Positions 7,309 to 17,589 are shown, numbered from the stretch's first letter. The stretch: DNA of 35,682 nucleotides from Kovacikia sp. (GCA_049581985.1 JBAUTA010001062.1:1-35682); one strand, 5' to 3'. Notes: a model not told the origin generated them from the letters alone. A program made the numbers and translations.

Positions 7309-10035
7309 ATGAAAATTCTCCAAACCCAAACGCTCCGAGGCCCAAACTACTGGAGCATCCGCCGCTCCAAGCTCATTCTGGTTCGGCTGGATTTGGAGGA
7401 GTTGGCCGATAGACCTTCTAATACCATTCCCGGATTTTATGACGGCCTCGTGGAGGTTTTGCCAAGCTTGGAGGAGCATTGTTGTTCACCAGGGTGTCGG
7501 GGTGGATTTCTCAGCCGTGTGCAGGAAGGCACCATGATGGGGCATGTTCTGGAGCATGTGGCTCTGGAGCTTCAAACCTTAGCCAACATGCCGGTGGGGT
7601 TTGGCCGCACCCGCGAGACGGCAACGCCCGGGGTCTACCAAGTTGTTATTGAGTATCAAAATGAAGAGGCAGGGCGCTATGCGGCAAGAGCTGCTCTCCG
7701 TCTATGTCAGAGTATTGTAGATACGGGTCACTATCCCAAAGCGGAACTTGAAAAAGATCTGGATGACTTGATGAAGCTGCGGGCTGAAGCAGCTTTGGGA
7801 GCAAGCACTGAGGCATTGGTGCGAGAGGCAGAAACTCTTGGTATTCCCTGGATTCAGTTAGAGACGTTTGACCTGTTACAGTTTGGCTACGGTAAATATC
7901 AAAAACGGATTCAGGCTGCTCTGACGTCCCACAGCAACGTTCTGGGAGTTGAGCTTGCCTGCGATAAGGAAAGCACTAAACAAATCTTGGCCAATCTAGG
8001 GGTTCCCGTCCCCTTGGGCATTGTTGTCAACTCCTTCAACGAATTGGAAGACGCTATTCATCGCCTGGGGGGCTATCCCATTGTGATTAAGCCCTTAAAC
8101 GGTAACCACGGTCGTGGGATTACTATTGATATTCAGTCCTGGGAGCAGGCGGCAGTGGCCTATGATCGGGCCCGTGATATTTCCAAGGGCGTCATTGTCG
8201 AACACTTCTACCAGGGACGAGATCACCGCATTTTGGTGGTCAACCATAAAGTGGTGGCGGTGGCGGAGCGGGTGCCTGCCCACGTGGTCGGTAACGGCAC
8301 AGCGACGATCGCGCAGCTCGTTGAGCAGGAAAACCAAGATTTTCGTCGAGGCAAGGGCCACGACAATATGCTGACCCAGATTCAACTGGACGGCGCCACC
8401 GATGAAATGCTGAGCCGTCAAGGGTATACCCTCGATACCATTCTGCAACCGGGCGAGATCTGCTACCTGCGGGCGACCGCTAATCTGAGCACGGGAGGGA
8501 CTGCCATTGACCGCACCGATGATATCCACCCGGAAACCATTTGGATGGCAGAACGGGTCTCTCGCATTATTGGCCTTGATGTGGCAGGCATTGATGTGAT
8601 CACGACGGATATCACCAGCCCACTGCACGAGGCGGATGGCGTGATTGTAGAGGTCAATGCTGCACCTGGGTTACGGATGCATGTGTCTCCGAGCCAAGGA
8701 GTTGCCCGCAATGTGGCCGCTCCCATCCTCCATATGCTGTTTCCACCAGGGACCCCGACTCGGATTCCGATTGTGGCAGTTACTGGAACCAATGGCAAAA
8801 CCACCACCACTCGTCTTATCGCGCATATCTTCAGTCAGGTTTATGATTCTGTGGGCTTTACGACCACGGATGGCATTTACATTGGCGATCACCTGGTAGA
8901 AAAGGGAGATACCACGGGTCCGCAAAGCGCCCAAATCATTCTGCAAGATCCAACGGTGGATATTGCCGTTTTGGAGACAGCACGAGGCGGTATTCTGCGC
9001 TCGGGTCTTGCCTTCCAAGGCTGTGACGTGGGGGTTGTCTTGAATGTGGCGGCAGATCATTTGGGTTTAGGGGACATCCATACCATCGACCAGATGGCCC
9101 AGTTGAAAGCGGTGGTGGCAGAGGCTGTCCACTCCTATGGCTATGCAGTACTCAATGCGGATGATGAGCGGGTTGCCGCTATGGCTGAAGAGGTTAAGGG
9201 GAAGGTTGCCTATTTTTCCATGGATCCCGATAACCCGTTAGTCCGATCCCACGTTCAGCGGGGGGGAATTGCCGCAGTTTATAAACAGGGATACCTTTCG
9301 GTTTTACAGCTAGATTGGGTTCATCGGATCGAGAAAGTAGAGCGCGTCCCTGTCACGTTGGGTGGACGGGCACCGTTCATGATTGCCAATGCCTTGGCAG
9401 CCAGTCTGGCTGCTTATGTCCAGGGAATGAAAATTGAGCATATTCGGGCGGCTCTGCGCAGTTTCAAAGCCTCGGCTCAGCAGACGCCGGGACGGATGAA
9501 TTTATTCAACCTCGGGCACTATCATGTGCTGGTGGACTATGCCCACAACCCAGCTGGGTATGAAGCGGTGGGCAGCTTTGTGAAAAACTGGTCTGGCCCT
9601 GCAATCGGTGTTGTCGGGGGGCCGGGCGATCGCCGTGATGAAGATTTGATTGAATTGGGTGCCCTTTCGGCAACGTTCTTCGAGCAGATTATCGTCAAAG
9701 AAGACGACGATACCCGCGGTCGCCCTCGCGGTAACGCGGCAGAGTTGATCGTTCAGGGTATCCATCAAGGGGCGACGGATGCTGATGCTCCATTCCCCCA
9801 CTCGATCATGCTAGATGAGACTGAGGCGATCGAATGGGCACTGGATCATGCCCCAGAAAATGCTTTGGTGGTGATCTTCCCCGAAAATGTCAGTCGGGCG
9901 ATTGCGCTGATTATGTCCCGGAATCCGATTCCCGATGTTGTGGAAGCAGCGGTTTCATCGGAATCAAAGCAAGACAATTTGTCGATGTTTGACCCAATGA
10001 CAGCAGGTAGTAATGGCAAACACAGCCTCAAATAA
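7309..10035 (+). CDS. cphA: Cyanophycin synthetase (CphA1 type)
   Basis: N-domain LRGPNYWS with C..GGF and GH..EH; ATP-grasp (KP..GNHGRG, EVNAAPG); Mur-ligase domain (VTGTNGKTTT, ETARGG, DYAHN). Confidence 0.98.
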   Translation: MKILQTQTLRGPNYWSIRRSKLILVRLDLEELADRPSNTIPGFYDGLVEVLPSLEEHCCSPGCRGGFLSRVQEGTMMGHVLEHVALELQTLANMPVGFGRTRETATPGVYQVVIEYQNEEAGRYAARAALRLCQSIVDTGHYPKAELEKDLDDLMKLRAEAALGASTEALVREAETLGIPWIQLETFDLLQFGYGKYQKRIQAALTSHSNVLGVELACDKESTKQILANLGVPVPLGIVVNSFNELEDAIHRLGGYPIVIKPLNGNHGRGITIDIQSWEQAAVAYDRARDISKGVIVEHFYQGRDHRILVVNHKVVAVAERVPAHVVGNGTATIAQLVEQENQDFRRGKGHDNMLTQIQLDGATDEMLSRQGYTLDTILQPGEICYLRATANLSTGGTAIDRTDDIHPETIWMAERVSRIIGLDVAGIDVITTDITSPLHEADGVIVEVNAAPGLRMHVSPSQGVARNVAAPILHMLFPPGTPTRIPIVAVTGTNGKTTTTRLIAHIFSQVYDSVGFTTTDGIYIGDHLVEKGDTTGPQSAQIILQDPTVDIAVLETARGGILRSGLAFQGCDVGVVLNVAADHLGLGDIHTIDQMAQLKAVVAEAVHSYGYAVLNADDERVAAMAEEVKGKVAYFSMDPDNPLVRSHVQRGGIAAVYKQGYLSVLQLDWVHRIEKVERVPVTLGGRAPFMIANALAASLAAYVQGMKIEHIRAALRSFKASAQQTPGRMNLFNLGHYHVLVDYAHNPAGYEAVGSFVKNWSGPAIGVVGGPGDRRDEDLIELGALSATFFEQIIVKEDDDTRGRPRGNAAELIVQGIHQGATDADAPFPHSIMLDETEAIEWALDHAPENALVVIFPENVSRAIALIMSRNPIPDVVEAAVSSESKQDNLSMFDPMTAGSNGKHSLK

Positions 10036-10209
10036 CTCGAAAAATAGATGCAATAAGACCATTCTTTGCCTTGACGCACGAGGCAGAATCCCGTTGTCTG
10101 TCTGAGTATGTGGCAGGGAAGGGGGAATAATAGATTTATGGGGTCCAAAAATGCAAGACCCTGACGTTAAGAGATGAGGATTAATGCTCATTCCTCAGGA
10201 GGTTGTCTG

Positions 10210-13200
10210 ATGATTCTTAATCCATCTCGTTCCAGTTCTGAACCCATCATTCCGCCTGTTTACGAAGAAAAGACCCAAGCTATTGCGCGCCAGTTGCTGG
10301 CGGCAACCACAGAAAAGCGATCACTTTTTGACAAAGTGCGGGATCAGCTGCGCTGGGATGACAAGCTACTCAGTTGGACGATGGAAAACCCCAGTTTGCG
10401 GGTGCAGTTATTCCGCCTGATCGACTGTTTGCCGTCTCTAACATCGAAGGCAGAAATTGCTCGTCACCTTCAGGAATATTTGGGCAATGCTTCCGTGGAA
10501 TTGCCGCAGGCGCTCAAGGGTCTGCTCAACTTTACGTCCCCCGACTCGATGCCGGGCCAAGTCGCTGCAACCACGCTTGCCACTGCCGTAGAAACCCTGG
10601 CTCGAAAATACATTGCAGGCGAAAACCTGAAGCAGGCACTCAAGAGCATTGAACAACTCCGTAAACAGTCCATGACCTTCACCATGGATGTATTGGGGGA
10701 AGCCGTGGTGACGGAAACGGAAGCCCAATCTTACCTAAATCAGTATTTGGAGTTGATGGAACAACTCACAGAAGCTTCCCAGCGCTGGTCTTCGGTGCCC
10801 CAGGTGGATACTGCCAATGGAGTAGATTTACCCAAGGTGCAGGTTTCGTTGAAACTCACAGCGTTTTATTCCCAATTTGATCCGCTAGATGTAAAGGGTT
10901 CGCAGACGAAGGTGAGCGATCGCATCCGTATCCTCCTGCGTCGGGCGAAGGAAGTGGGAGCGGCGGTTCACTTTGACATGGAGCAGTATCGCTATAAAGA
11001 TGCGACCTTGGCAGTGCTTAAGGACTTGCTGATGGAGGAAGAGTTTCGCGATCGTACGGACCTTGGCATCACGCTTCAAGCCTACCTACGAGATAGTTAT
11101 CAGGATTTGCAGGATTTAATCCACTGGGCCAAACAGCGCGGCAAGCCCATCACGGTACGTTTGGTCAAAGGAGCCTATTGGGATCAAGAAACCATTATCG
11201 CCCGCCAAAATCTTTGGCCAACTCCTGTCTACAACCATAAGTCCTCGACGGACGCTAATTTTGAGCGAATGACACGGCTGCTCTTGGAAAATCATGAGCA
11301 TCTCTACGCCGCGATTGGTAGCCATAACGTCCGTTCTCAATCCCACGCGATTGCGATCGCCCAAACCCTGAATATTCCAAAGCGACACCTTGAATTTCAA
11401 GTACTCTATGGCATGGCCGACAACCTTGCTACAGCCCTCGCAAAACAGGGGCATCGCGTTCGGGTCTACTGTCCCTACGGTCCTTTAATTCCAGGCATGG
11501 CTTACCTGATTCGACGCTTGTTGGAAAATACAGCCAATAGCTCCTTCCTCCGTCAAAGCTTGGAAGCTCGTCCGATGGAGGAATTGTTAGCGATTCCGGC
11601 TTGGGGGGAAGGTGACAAGGACGGTAGTGAAGTCCAGCCTACGCCCATTCCATCACCAACCACGACCGTTACTCAAATCAATCCCTCAGCGGATACGGAT
11701 TATGCGATCGCTCAATCCCGAGCGGCTGCGGCGGCTGCCCTGGCTTCCGTTAGACAGCAGTTGGGGCAAACCTATCAACCGCTGATTGATGGAGAGCGGG
11801 TGCAGACGAAGACGACGATTCAATCCGTTAATCCGGCGAATCCGGCGGAAGTTGTCGGCACGATCGGCCAAATTAATATTGAACAAGCAGACCAGGCCAT
11901 AGCAGCGGCAAAAAAAGCCTTTAACACCTGGCAACACACGTCAGCGGGGGAACGTGCCACTATCCTGCGGCGAGCGGCGGATTTGTTGGAAGCACGTCGC
12001 CATGAACTCAATGCCTGGATGGTTTTTGAGGCGGGTAAACCTCTGCAACAAGGGGATGCAGAAGTGTCGGAAGCGGCGGATTTCTGTCGGTACTACGCGG
12101 CGGAAATGGAGCGCTTAGAGCCAGAAGTCGTCTATGACGTAGCAGGGGAGAGCGATCGCTACTCTTATCGTCCCAAGGGAATTGTGCTGGTAATTTCGCC
12201 CTGGAACTTCCCGCTGGCGATTCCGACAGGGATGACCGTTGCTGCCCTGGCAACCGGGAACTGTGCGTTGCTGAAACCAGCGGCCGTTACGTCCGTGATT
12301 GCGGCGAAACTGAGCGACATTTTGGTGGAGGCAGGCATTCCGAGAGGGGTTTTCCAGTACGTTCCGTGCAGTGGCTCCACCGTGGGCACCCACTTAGTCA
12401 AACACCCAGATGTGCACATGATTGTGTTTACGGGATCCCAGGAAGTAGGTTGCCAAATCTACGCTAATGCAGCCATTCTGCAACCGGGTCAAAAGCACTT
12501 GAAACGAGTGGTTGCCGAGATGGGGGGCAAAAACGCCATCATTGTCGATGAAAGTGCCGATTTAGATCAAGCAGTGCAAGGAATTGTATATTCAGCTTTT
12601 GGCTATAGCGGCCAAAAGTGTTCCGCCTGCTCCCGTGTGGTTGTCTTAGCGCCGATTTATGATGCGTTTGTGACTCGCTTGGTGGAAGCGACGAAATCGT
12701 TGAATGTCGGGAATGCCGCCGAGCCAAGCACTAAAGTCGGCCCGGTGATTGATTCAGCTGCTCAGCAGCGGATTCGCGATTACATCGCCAAAGGAAAGAT
12801 GGAAGCCACGCTCGCCCTGGAGCTGCCTTCCCCAGAACCGGGTTATTTCGTCGGTCCAGTCATTTTTAAGGATGTTGATCCGCAGGCCACGATCGCCCAG
12901 GAGGAGATCTTTGGCCCTGTGTTATCAGTGATGAAAGCCCAGGATTTTGGGCAGGCATTAGCGATTGCCAATGGCACCAACTATGCGCTCACGGGTGGGC
13001 TCTATTCGCGTACCCCTTCTCACATTCAGCGTGCGAAAGTGGAGTTTGAGGTCGGCAATCTTTACATCAATCGCAGCATTACGGGAGCGATCGTGGCAAG
13101 ACAACCCTTTGGTGGCTATAAACTATCGGGGGTTGGCTCGAAAGCTGGAGGGCCGGATTATTTGCTGCAATTTCTGGATCCGCGTACGGTTACGGAAAAT

Positions 13201-13242
13201 ATTCAGCGGCAGGGGTTTGCGCCGATCGAGGGGATGGAATAG
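10210..13242 (+). CDS. putA: Bifunctional proline dehydrogenase / P5C (glutamate semialdehyde) dehydrogenase
   Basis: PRODH motifs DMEQ, LQAYL, RLVKGAYWD, SHN, YLIRRLLEN; ALDH motifs SPWNFP, FTGS, EMGGKN, GQKCSAC, EEIFGP. AGGAGG RBS precedes ATG 10210. Confidence 0.97.
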   Translation: MILNPSRSSSEPIIPPVYEEKTQAIARQLLAATTEKRSLFDKVRDQLRWDDKLLSWTMENPSLRVQLFRLIDCLPSLTSKAEIARHLQEYLGNASVELPQALKGLLNFTSPDSMPGQVAATTLATAVETLARKYIAGENLKQALKSIEQLRKQSMTFTMDVLGEAVVTETEAQSYLNQYLELMEQLTEASQRWSSVPQVDTANGVDLPKVQVSLKLTAFYSQFDPLDVKGSQTKVSDRIRILLRRAKEVGAAVHFDMEQYRYKDATLAVLKDLLMEEEFRDRTDLGITLQAYLRDSYQDLQDLIHWAKQRGKPITVRLVKGAYWDQETIIARQNLWPTPVYNHKSSTDANFERMTRLLLENHEHLYAAIGSHNVRSQSHAIAIAQTLNIPKRHLEFQVLYGMADNLATALAKQGHRVRVYCPYGPLIPGMAYLIRRLLENTANSSFLRQSLEARPMEELLAIPAWGEGDKDGSEVQPTPIPSPTTTVTQINPSADTDYAIAQSRAAAAAALASVRQQLGQTYQPLIDGERVQTKTTIQSVNPANPAEVVGTIGQINIEQADQAIAAAKKAFNTWQHTSAGERATILRRAADLLEARRHELNAWMVFEAGKPLQQGDAEVSEAADFCRYYAAEMERLEPEVVYDVAGESDRYSYRPKGIVLVISPWNFPLAIPTGMTVAALATGNCALLKPAAVTSVIAAKLSDILVEAGIPRGVFQYVPCSGSTVGTHLVKHPDVHMIVFTGSQEVGCQIYANAAILQPGQKHLKRVVAEMGGKNAIIVDESADLDQAVQGIVYSAFGYSGQKCSACSRVVVLAPIYDAFVTRLVEATKSLNVGNAAEPSTKVGPVIDSAAQQRIRDYIAKGKMEATLALELPSPEPGYFVGPVIFKDVDPQATIAQEEIFGPVLSVMKAQDFGQALAIANGTNYALTGGLYSRTPSHIQRAKVEFEVGNLYINRSITGAIVARQPFGGYKLSGVGSKAGGPDYLLQFLDPRTVTENIQRQGFAPIEGME

Positions 13243-13320
13243 TTAGTGGCTGTTTCAGTCTGATCCCCAACGTTGGCAATGATTCAGACTTTGAGCGGGT
13301 GCAGGATGACAGAGCCAGCA

Positions 13321-13503
13321 ATGTATTTGATTGATACCAACGTCATTAGTGAGCTTCGCAAAAAAACAAGGCAAATCCTGGAGTCAAGCAATTTTTCAAA
13401 CAAGCTATTGAGCAGGAAGCCCACTTGTTTATCAGTGTCATCACATTTTGTGGGTACTGGGGTTCTATTGATCAACCCTTTTGAGGCCGTTGACGATGTT
13501 TGA
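13321..13503 (+). pseudogene. VapC/PIN toxin remnant (frameshift plus internal deletion)
   Basis: MYLIDTNVISELRK, then a shift at the A7 run (13360-13366) gives KANPGVKQFFKQAIEQEAHLFISV. It then jumps to the C-terminal HFVGTGVLLINPF; the central region is absent. Confidence 0.8.
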
Positions 13504-13633
13504 ATACACAGAATTTGCTATGGTTAAAATTCCTGATTGCCCTACCCATAAGTAGTCCCTGTCAACCTGATCCCATTTCCATTTGATGGCCTGCGCTCCA
13601 AAATGAGCAAAACTAAAAAATTTCAATTTAGGC

Positions 13634-13663
13634 TTGACACTTCTCCTACCTATTGATAGGATG
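13634..13663 (+). promoter_or_regulatory. Sigma70-type promoter of tetR with overlapping palindromic operator
   Basis: TTGACA (13634-39), 17 bp spacer, TAGGAT (13657-62). The imperfect palindrome CTACCTATTGATAGGATG (13646-63) covers the -10. Confidence 0.75.
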
Positions 13664-13668
13664 CATCC

Positions 13669-14247
13669 ATGAAACAAGCCGATACCAAAACTCTCATCCT
13701 TGATGTGGCTCAAGATCTGATTCAACGCCTCGGCGTGAACCGTATGAGCTATCAGGACATCAGCGAGAGCGTCGGTATTCGGAAGGCAAGTGTTCACACG
13801 CATTTCCCAAAAAAGGAAGATTTGCTGGCGGCACTGCTAGATCGATATAACGATCGCATTTTGCGAATCGTTGACGGTATCCTGGCCTCCAGCGATACAT
13901 CAGAGGTGAAACTGCGTCGCTATTGCGGACTGTTTGAAGCAACGCTCAGCAGTGGCAATCAAGATAAAGCCTGTCTCTGTGCCATGCTTGGGGCAGAGTT
14001 AGAGACCTTGAATGCTCCCTCAGTGGAGCGGGTTCGCAGTTTCTATCAAGCCAATGAGGAACGCTTAACACTGCTACTCAATGCGGGTCGGCAAGATGGT
14101 AGTTTTCTTTTCCCTGGCGAGGTGCAGGCGATGGCATCACTGATTTTCGGATTGATGGAGGGGGGCATGTTGGTGGCGCGCGTTCATGGTGGGGTAATTC
14201 AGTTTCACCATGAAATCGAGCAATTAGTGAGATTGGTCAAAGGGTAA
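13669..14247 (+). CDS. TetR/AcrR family transcriptional regulator
   Basis: N-terminal HTH 'ILDVAQDLIQRLG...SYQDIS..VGIRKASVHTHFPKKEDL' and a C-terminal CLC motif. Confidence 0.93.
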   Translation: MKQADTKTLILDVAQDLIQRLGVNRMSYQDISESVGIRKASVHTHFPKKEDLLAALLDRYNDRILRIVDGILASSDTSEVKLRRYCGLFEATLSSGNQDKACLCAMLGAELETLNAPSVERVRSFYQANEERLTLLLNAGRQDGSFLFPGEVQAMASLIFGLMEGGMLVARVHGGVIQFHHEIEQLVRLVKG

Positions 14248-14264
14248 TTTTTTTGCCTGTTAAA

Positions 14265-14282
14265 CATCCAACCAGTAGGAAG
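14265..14282. promoter_or_regulatory. Second copy of putative TetR operator
   Basis: CATCCAACCAGTAGGAAG; its reverse complement matches the 13646-63 site at 14 of 18 positions. Confidence 0.6.
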
Positions 14283-14296
14283 CAAGGAGATTGATA

Positions 14297-14488
14297 ATGA
14301 ACGGCATTGGAATTTTGGCTACGGGCAGAATGGGCGTGCGTCTAGCACAGATGTTTGCCCAGGCAGGGCAACAGGTGATTTTAGGTTCACGGGATGTCCC
14401 TCGTCCCAATCAGATCGCGACAGGGCTGGAACTAGCGACGTTGAGCGCTGGGAGCTATGAGGATGCAGCAAATGCAGTCAAGGAGTGA
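14297..14488 (+). pseudogene. Truncated NADP oxidoreductase (F420-dependent NADP reductase-like Rossmann N-terminus)
   Basis: IGILATGRMG..LA..F..AG..VILGSRD; only 63 codons against ~200 aa for the family. AAGGAG RBS. Confidence 0.72.
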
Positions 14489-14539
14489 ATTACACTTTAA
14501 TGTCCCCACTAACTATCGAGTATTTTCAGGAGAAGAACA

Positions 14540-14935
14540 ATGACTAATCCAATTAACATGAATGAACAAAACGTTGCTATTCAAGGCTACGATCCCGTTT
14601 CCTATTTCATTGACCAACCTGTCGTCGGGGATCCTCAAATTACCTCAGTCTATGGTGAGGCAACCTACTACTTCATCAGCGAAGTAAACAAAGCCAAATT
14701 TGAGGCTGATCCTGAGCAATATATTCCCCAATACGGTGGGTTTTGTTCCGTTGCTGTTTCTGAAGGCAAACTTGTTCCGGTTGATCCAGAAACCTACAAA
14801 GTAACGGATGGAAAGTTGTACCTGTTCTACAACGGTGAATTTGGTAATACAAAGCCCCAATGGGAGGCGGATGAAACGACTCTTCGTGCTAAAGCCGATG
14901 ACCAATGGAAGAAAGGAGATCTGACTCCAGTCTAG
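14540..14935 (+). CDS. YHS domain-containing protein (family that includes selenoproteins)
   Basis: AIQGYDPVSYF, F.ADPE.Y.PQYGGFC, DGKLYLFYN; AGGAG RBS. Confidence 0.88.
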   Translation: MTNPINMNEQNVAIQGYDPVSYFIDQPVVGDPQITSVYGEATYYFISEVNKAKFEADPEQYIPQYGGFCSVAVSEGKLVPVDPETYKVTDGKLYLFYNGEFGNTKPQWEADETTLRAKADDQWKKGDLTPV

Positions 14936-15006
14936 GTTTTGCCCCAAAAATAATGGCATTGTTTTCACAACAAAAAATCACTATTGCATCTGAAAGGAGA
15001 ACAGCA

Positions 15007-15624
15007 ATGATTAAACTCTACGGTCATGAACTATCTGGAAATAGCTACAAAGTAAGGCTGTTGCTAGAACTACTGAATATTGACTATGAATGGATCAAAG
15101 TAGATCTGATGAAGGGTGAACACAAGTCGCCAGAATATCTGTTACTTAATCCCTTTGGGCAAGTTCCCTTACTGGTCGATGGCGAAACTAAACTGGCTGA
15201 TGCTCAAGCAATTCTGGTCTATCTAGCACGGCAATACGGTGGTGACCAATGGCTTCCTGTGGATCCAGTTTCCCTGGCTCAGGTGGTTCGCTGGCTGTCC
15301 ACCACGGCGGGAGAATTGCGTCAAGGACCAGAAAATGCACGGCTTTATTACCTGTTTGGGGCAACCAGCATCAACATTGAACGCGCCCATCAAAAAGCAG
15401 AATATATCCTTACCCAGCTCGACCAACATTTGAGTACCCACACCTGGCTAGAGTTTGAGCGCCCAACCATCGCCGATATTGCGGCCTTCCCCTATGTCGC
15501 TCTGGCCGGCGACGGTAAAATCGATCTGGAGGGATATCCCAATGTGTTGGCCTGGATCGATCGCGTCAAACAACTCCCTGGTTTCATCTCAATGGCAGGT
15601 ATTCCAGCATCTATTGCCGCGTAG
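15007..15624 (+). CDS. Glutathione S-transferase family protein
   Basis: LSGNSYKV, NPFGQVPLL, DAQAILVYLA, PTIADIA. AGGAG RBS precedes ATG 15007. Confidence 0.95.
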   Translation: MIKLYGHELSGNSYKVRLLLELLNIDYEWIKVDLMKGEHKSPEYLLLNPFGQVPLLVDGETKLADAQAILVYLARQYGGDQWLPVDPVSLAQVVRWLSTTAGELRQGPENARLYYLFGATSINIERAHQKAEYILTQLDQHLSTHTWLEFERPTIADIAAFPYVALAGDGKIDLEGYPNVLAWIDRVKQLPGFISMAGIPASIAA

Positions 15625-15693
15625 GATAATTCCGATGCAGCACTACCCAGCGTAGAAAGGTGTAAGGTTTTGGCCTTGTGGTTCACCGTTATG

Positions 15694-15717
15694 GAGGGCG
15701 TTTTGTAGAACGCCCTC
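15694..15717. repeat. Intergenic GC-rich hairpin (REP-like)
   Basis: GAGGGCGTTT-TGTA-GAACGCCCTC, with no U-tract. Confidence 0.5.
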
Positions 15718-15752
15718 TAGGGAAAAAACATTGAAGCACCATTAAGGAGGAC

Positions 15753-16349
15753 ATGATGCCGCGCAAGTTTGGAGAAATTGCCTTTACCCCAGAAGTGCAG
15801 ACCGCCCAGGAAGAACGGGGTTCCCGACAAACCTATGAACGTTATATCGCCAAGGGACCTGCTAATGATTCAGTGACTCCACAGCTTGAGGAATTCATTC
15901 TGAAATTAGAGGGATTTTATCTGGGAACGGTTAGTTCCAATGGTTATCCGTACATTCAGTTTCGCGGTGGCCCACCGGGTTTTCTCAAGGTATTGGATGA
16001 AAAGACGCTTGGGTTTGCCGACTTTCTTGGCAATGTGCAGTACATTACCGTCGGTAATTTATCTGGCAATGACAAAGCTTTTCTGTTCTTGATGGACTAT
16101 CGTCACCGCAAGCGCATTAAGGTTTGGGGGCGAGCGGAATATGTGGAAGGGGATGAGTCACTGATTGAGCGGTTACGGATGCCAGGTTACTCCGCCGAAA
16201 TCGAACGAGCCATTCTCTTCCATATCGAAGCGTATAGTGAAAACTGCCCCCAGCATATCCCCATTCGCTATTCAGAGGGAGAGGTTGAGGCAATGGTGTC
16301 TTCACTGAACGCTAGAATTGCTGAACTGGAGCAGCAGTTTGGCCAATAG
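15753..16349 (+). CDS. Pyridoxamine 5'-phosphate oxidase-like FMN-binding protein
   Basis: GYPYIQFRGGPPGF, FADF.GN.QY, LFLMDY, NCPQHI; AAGGAGG RBS. Confidence 0.9.
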   Translation: MMPRKFGEIAFTPEVQTAQEERGSRQTYERYIAKGPANDSVTPQLEEFILKLEGFYLGTVSSNGYPYIQFRGGPPGFLKVLDEKTLGFADFLGNVQYITVGNLSGNDKAFLFLMDYRHRKRIKVWGRAEYVEGDESLIERLRMPGYSAEIERAILFHIEAYSENCPQHIPIRYSEGEVEAMVSSLNARIAELEQQFGQ

Positions 16350-16426
16350 GGGCGATCTTGCCCATCTACTGAAGCTCCCCAACCCAACTAAATGGACATT
16401 GTTAAATTATTTTTCTGGAGGCAGCT

Positions 16427-17122
16427 ATGAAGCTCCATGCAGATTTCAGTCAGCGGGTTGTGATATCGAGTCAAGATCTGCCCTGGGTGGATTCTCCCAT
16501 GCCCGGTGTGCAGCGGCGGATGCTTGAGCGAGATGGCGAAGAGGTGGCGCGGGCCACATCGATTGTTCGTTACGCCCCCAATAGCTATTTCCCGGCTCAT
16601 ACTCATGGCGGTGGGGAAGAATTTTTTGTACTAGAGGGCGTTTTTTCTGATGAGTATGGCGACTATCCTGCTGGAACTTATATCCGAAATCCGGTTGGGT
16701 CAACCCACACTCCGTTTAGCAAAGACGGCTGTACGATTTTGGTCAAACTATGGCAAATGCAGCCTGACGACAAAGAGCGGGTGGCGATCGATACCACCCA
16801 AACACCCTGGATTCCTGGGTTGGTCAAGGGCTTGCAGGTTATGCCCCTCCATATGCACGGTACAGAGCATGTCGCTCTGGTAAAGTGGGCACCGGGTACT
16901 CGATTTCAACACCACAGCCATCTGGGTGGAGAAGAAATTTTTGTCCTGGATGGCATCTTTGAAGATGAATTTGGCTCCTATCCGCGAGGAACCTGGCTCC
17001 GTAATCCGAGTGATAGTCGACACACCCCATTTAGCCAGATGGGTTGTTTGATTTATGTCAAGACGGGACATTTGCCTGCGCCTGTTAGCCATGCGTCTGA
17101 ACATCCAGTATTAACCCAGTGA
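16427..17122 (+). CDS. ChrR-like double cupin protein
   Basis: Two repeats of H.H.GGEE..VL.G.F.DE.G.YP.G...RNP..S.H.PFS..GC...VK. Confidence 0.9.
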   Translation: MKLHADFSQRVVISSQDLPWVDSPMPGVQRRMLERDGEEVARATSIVRYAPNSYFPAHTHGGGEEFFVLEGVFSDEYGDYPAGTYIRNPVGSTHTPFSKDGCTILVKLWQMQPDDKERVAIDTTQTPWIPGLVKGLQVMPLHMHGTEHVALVKWAPGTRFQHHSHLGGEEIFVLDGIFEDEFGSYPRGTWLRNPSDSRHTPFSQMGCLIYVKTGHLPAPVSHASEHPVLTQ

Positions 17123-17163
17123 TCAGCGTACTTTCAGGTTTACAGATCTACGAAGGAATCTCT

Positions 17164-17589
17164 ATGGAAACCAAACCGCCTCTCCCTCCATTCACCCTTG
17201 AAACTGCCAAAGCCAAAGTGCAGGCCGCTGAAGATGCCTGGAATACCCGTAATCCGGAGCGGGTTGCCCTGGCATACACCGAAGATTCTGAGTGGCGAAA
17301 TCGGGCAGAGTTTTTCAGTGGACGAATAGCCATCAAAGAGTTTCTCAAACGCAAATGGGCAAAAGAACTCGATTACCGTTTGAAGAAAGAACTCTGGTGT
17401 TTTATGGATAACCGTATTGCAGTGCGATTTGAGTATGAGTGGCACGATGATGCAGGCTTTTGGTATCGCGCCTATGGTAATGAAAACTGGGAATTTGCTG
17501 ACAATGGTCTGATGATGCGTCGATTTGCCAGCATCAATGATCTGCCAATTCAAGAGTCTGAACGAAAGTTCCGCTGGGAACGTAACTGA
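17164..17589 (+). CDS. DUF1348 / SnoaL-like NTF2-fold protein
   Basis: [47 protein letters not shown]. Confidence 0.92.
   Translation: METKPPLPPFTLETAKAKVQAAEDAWNTRNPERVALAYTEDSEWRNRAEFFSGRIAIKEFLKRKWAKELDYRLKKELWCFMDNRIAVRFEYEWHDDAGFWYRAYGNENWEFADNGLMMRRFASINDLPIQESERKFRWERN

Noticed and set aside
13551..13645. TAGTCCCTGTCAAC as an IS end pairing with the TTGACA region
   Set aside because: Only a short imperfect match; TTGACA is better explained as the tetR -35 box.
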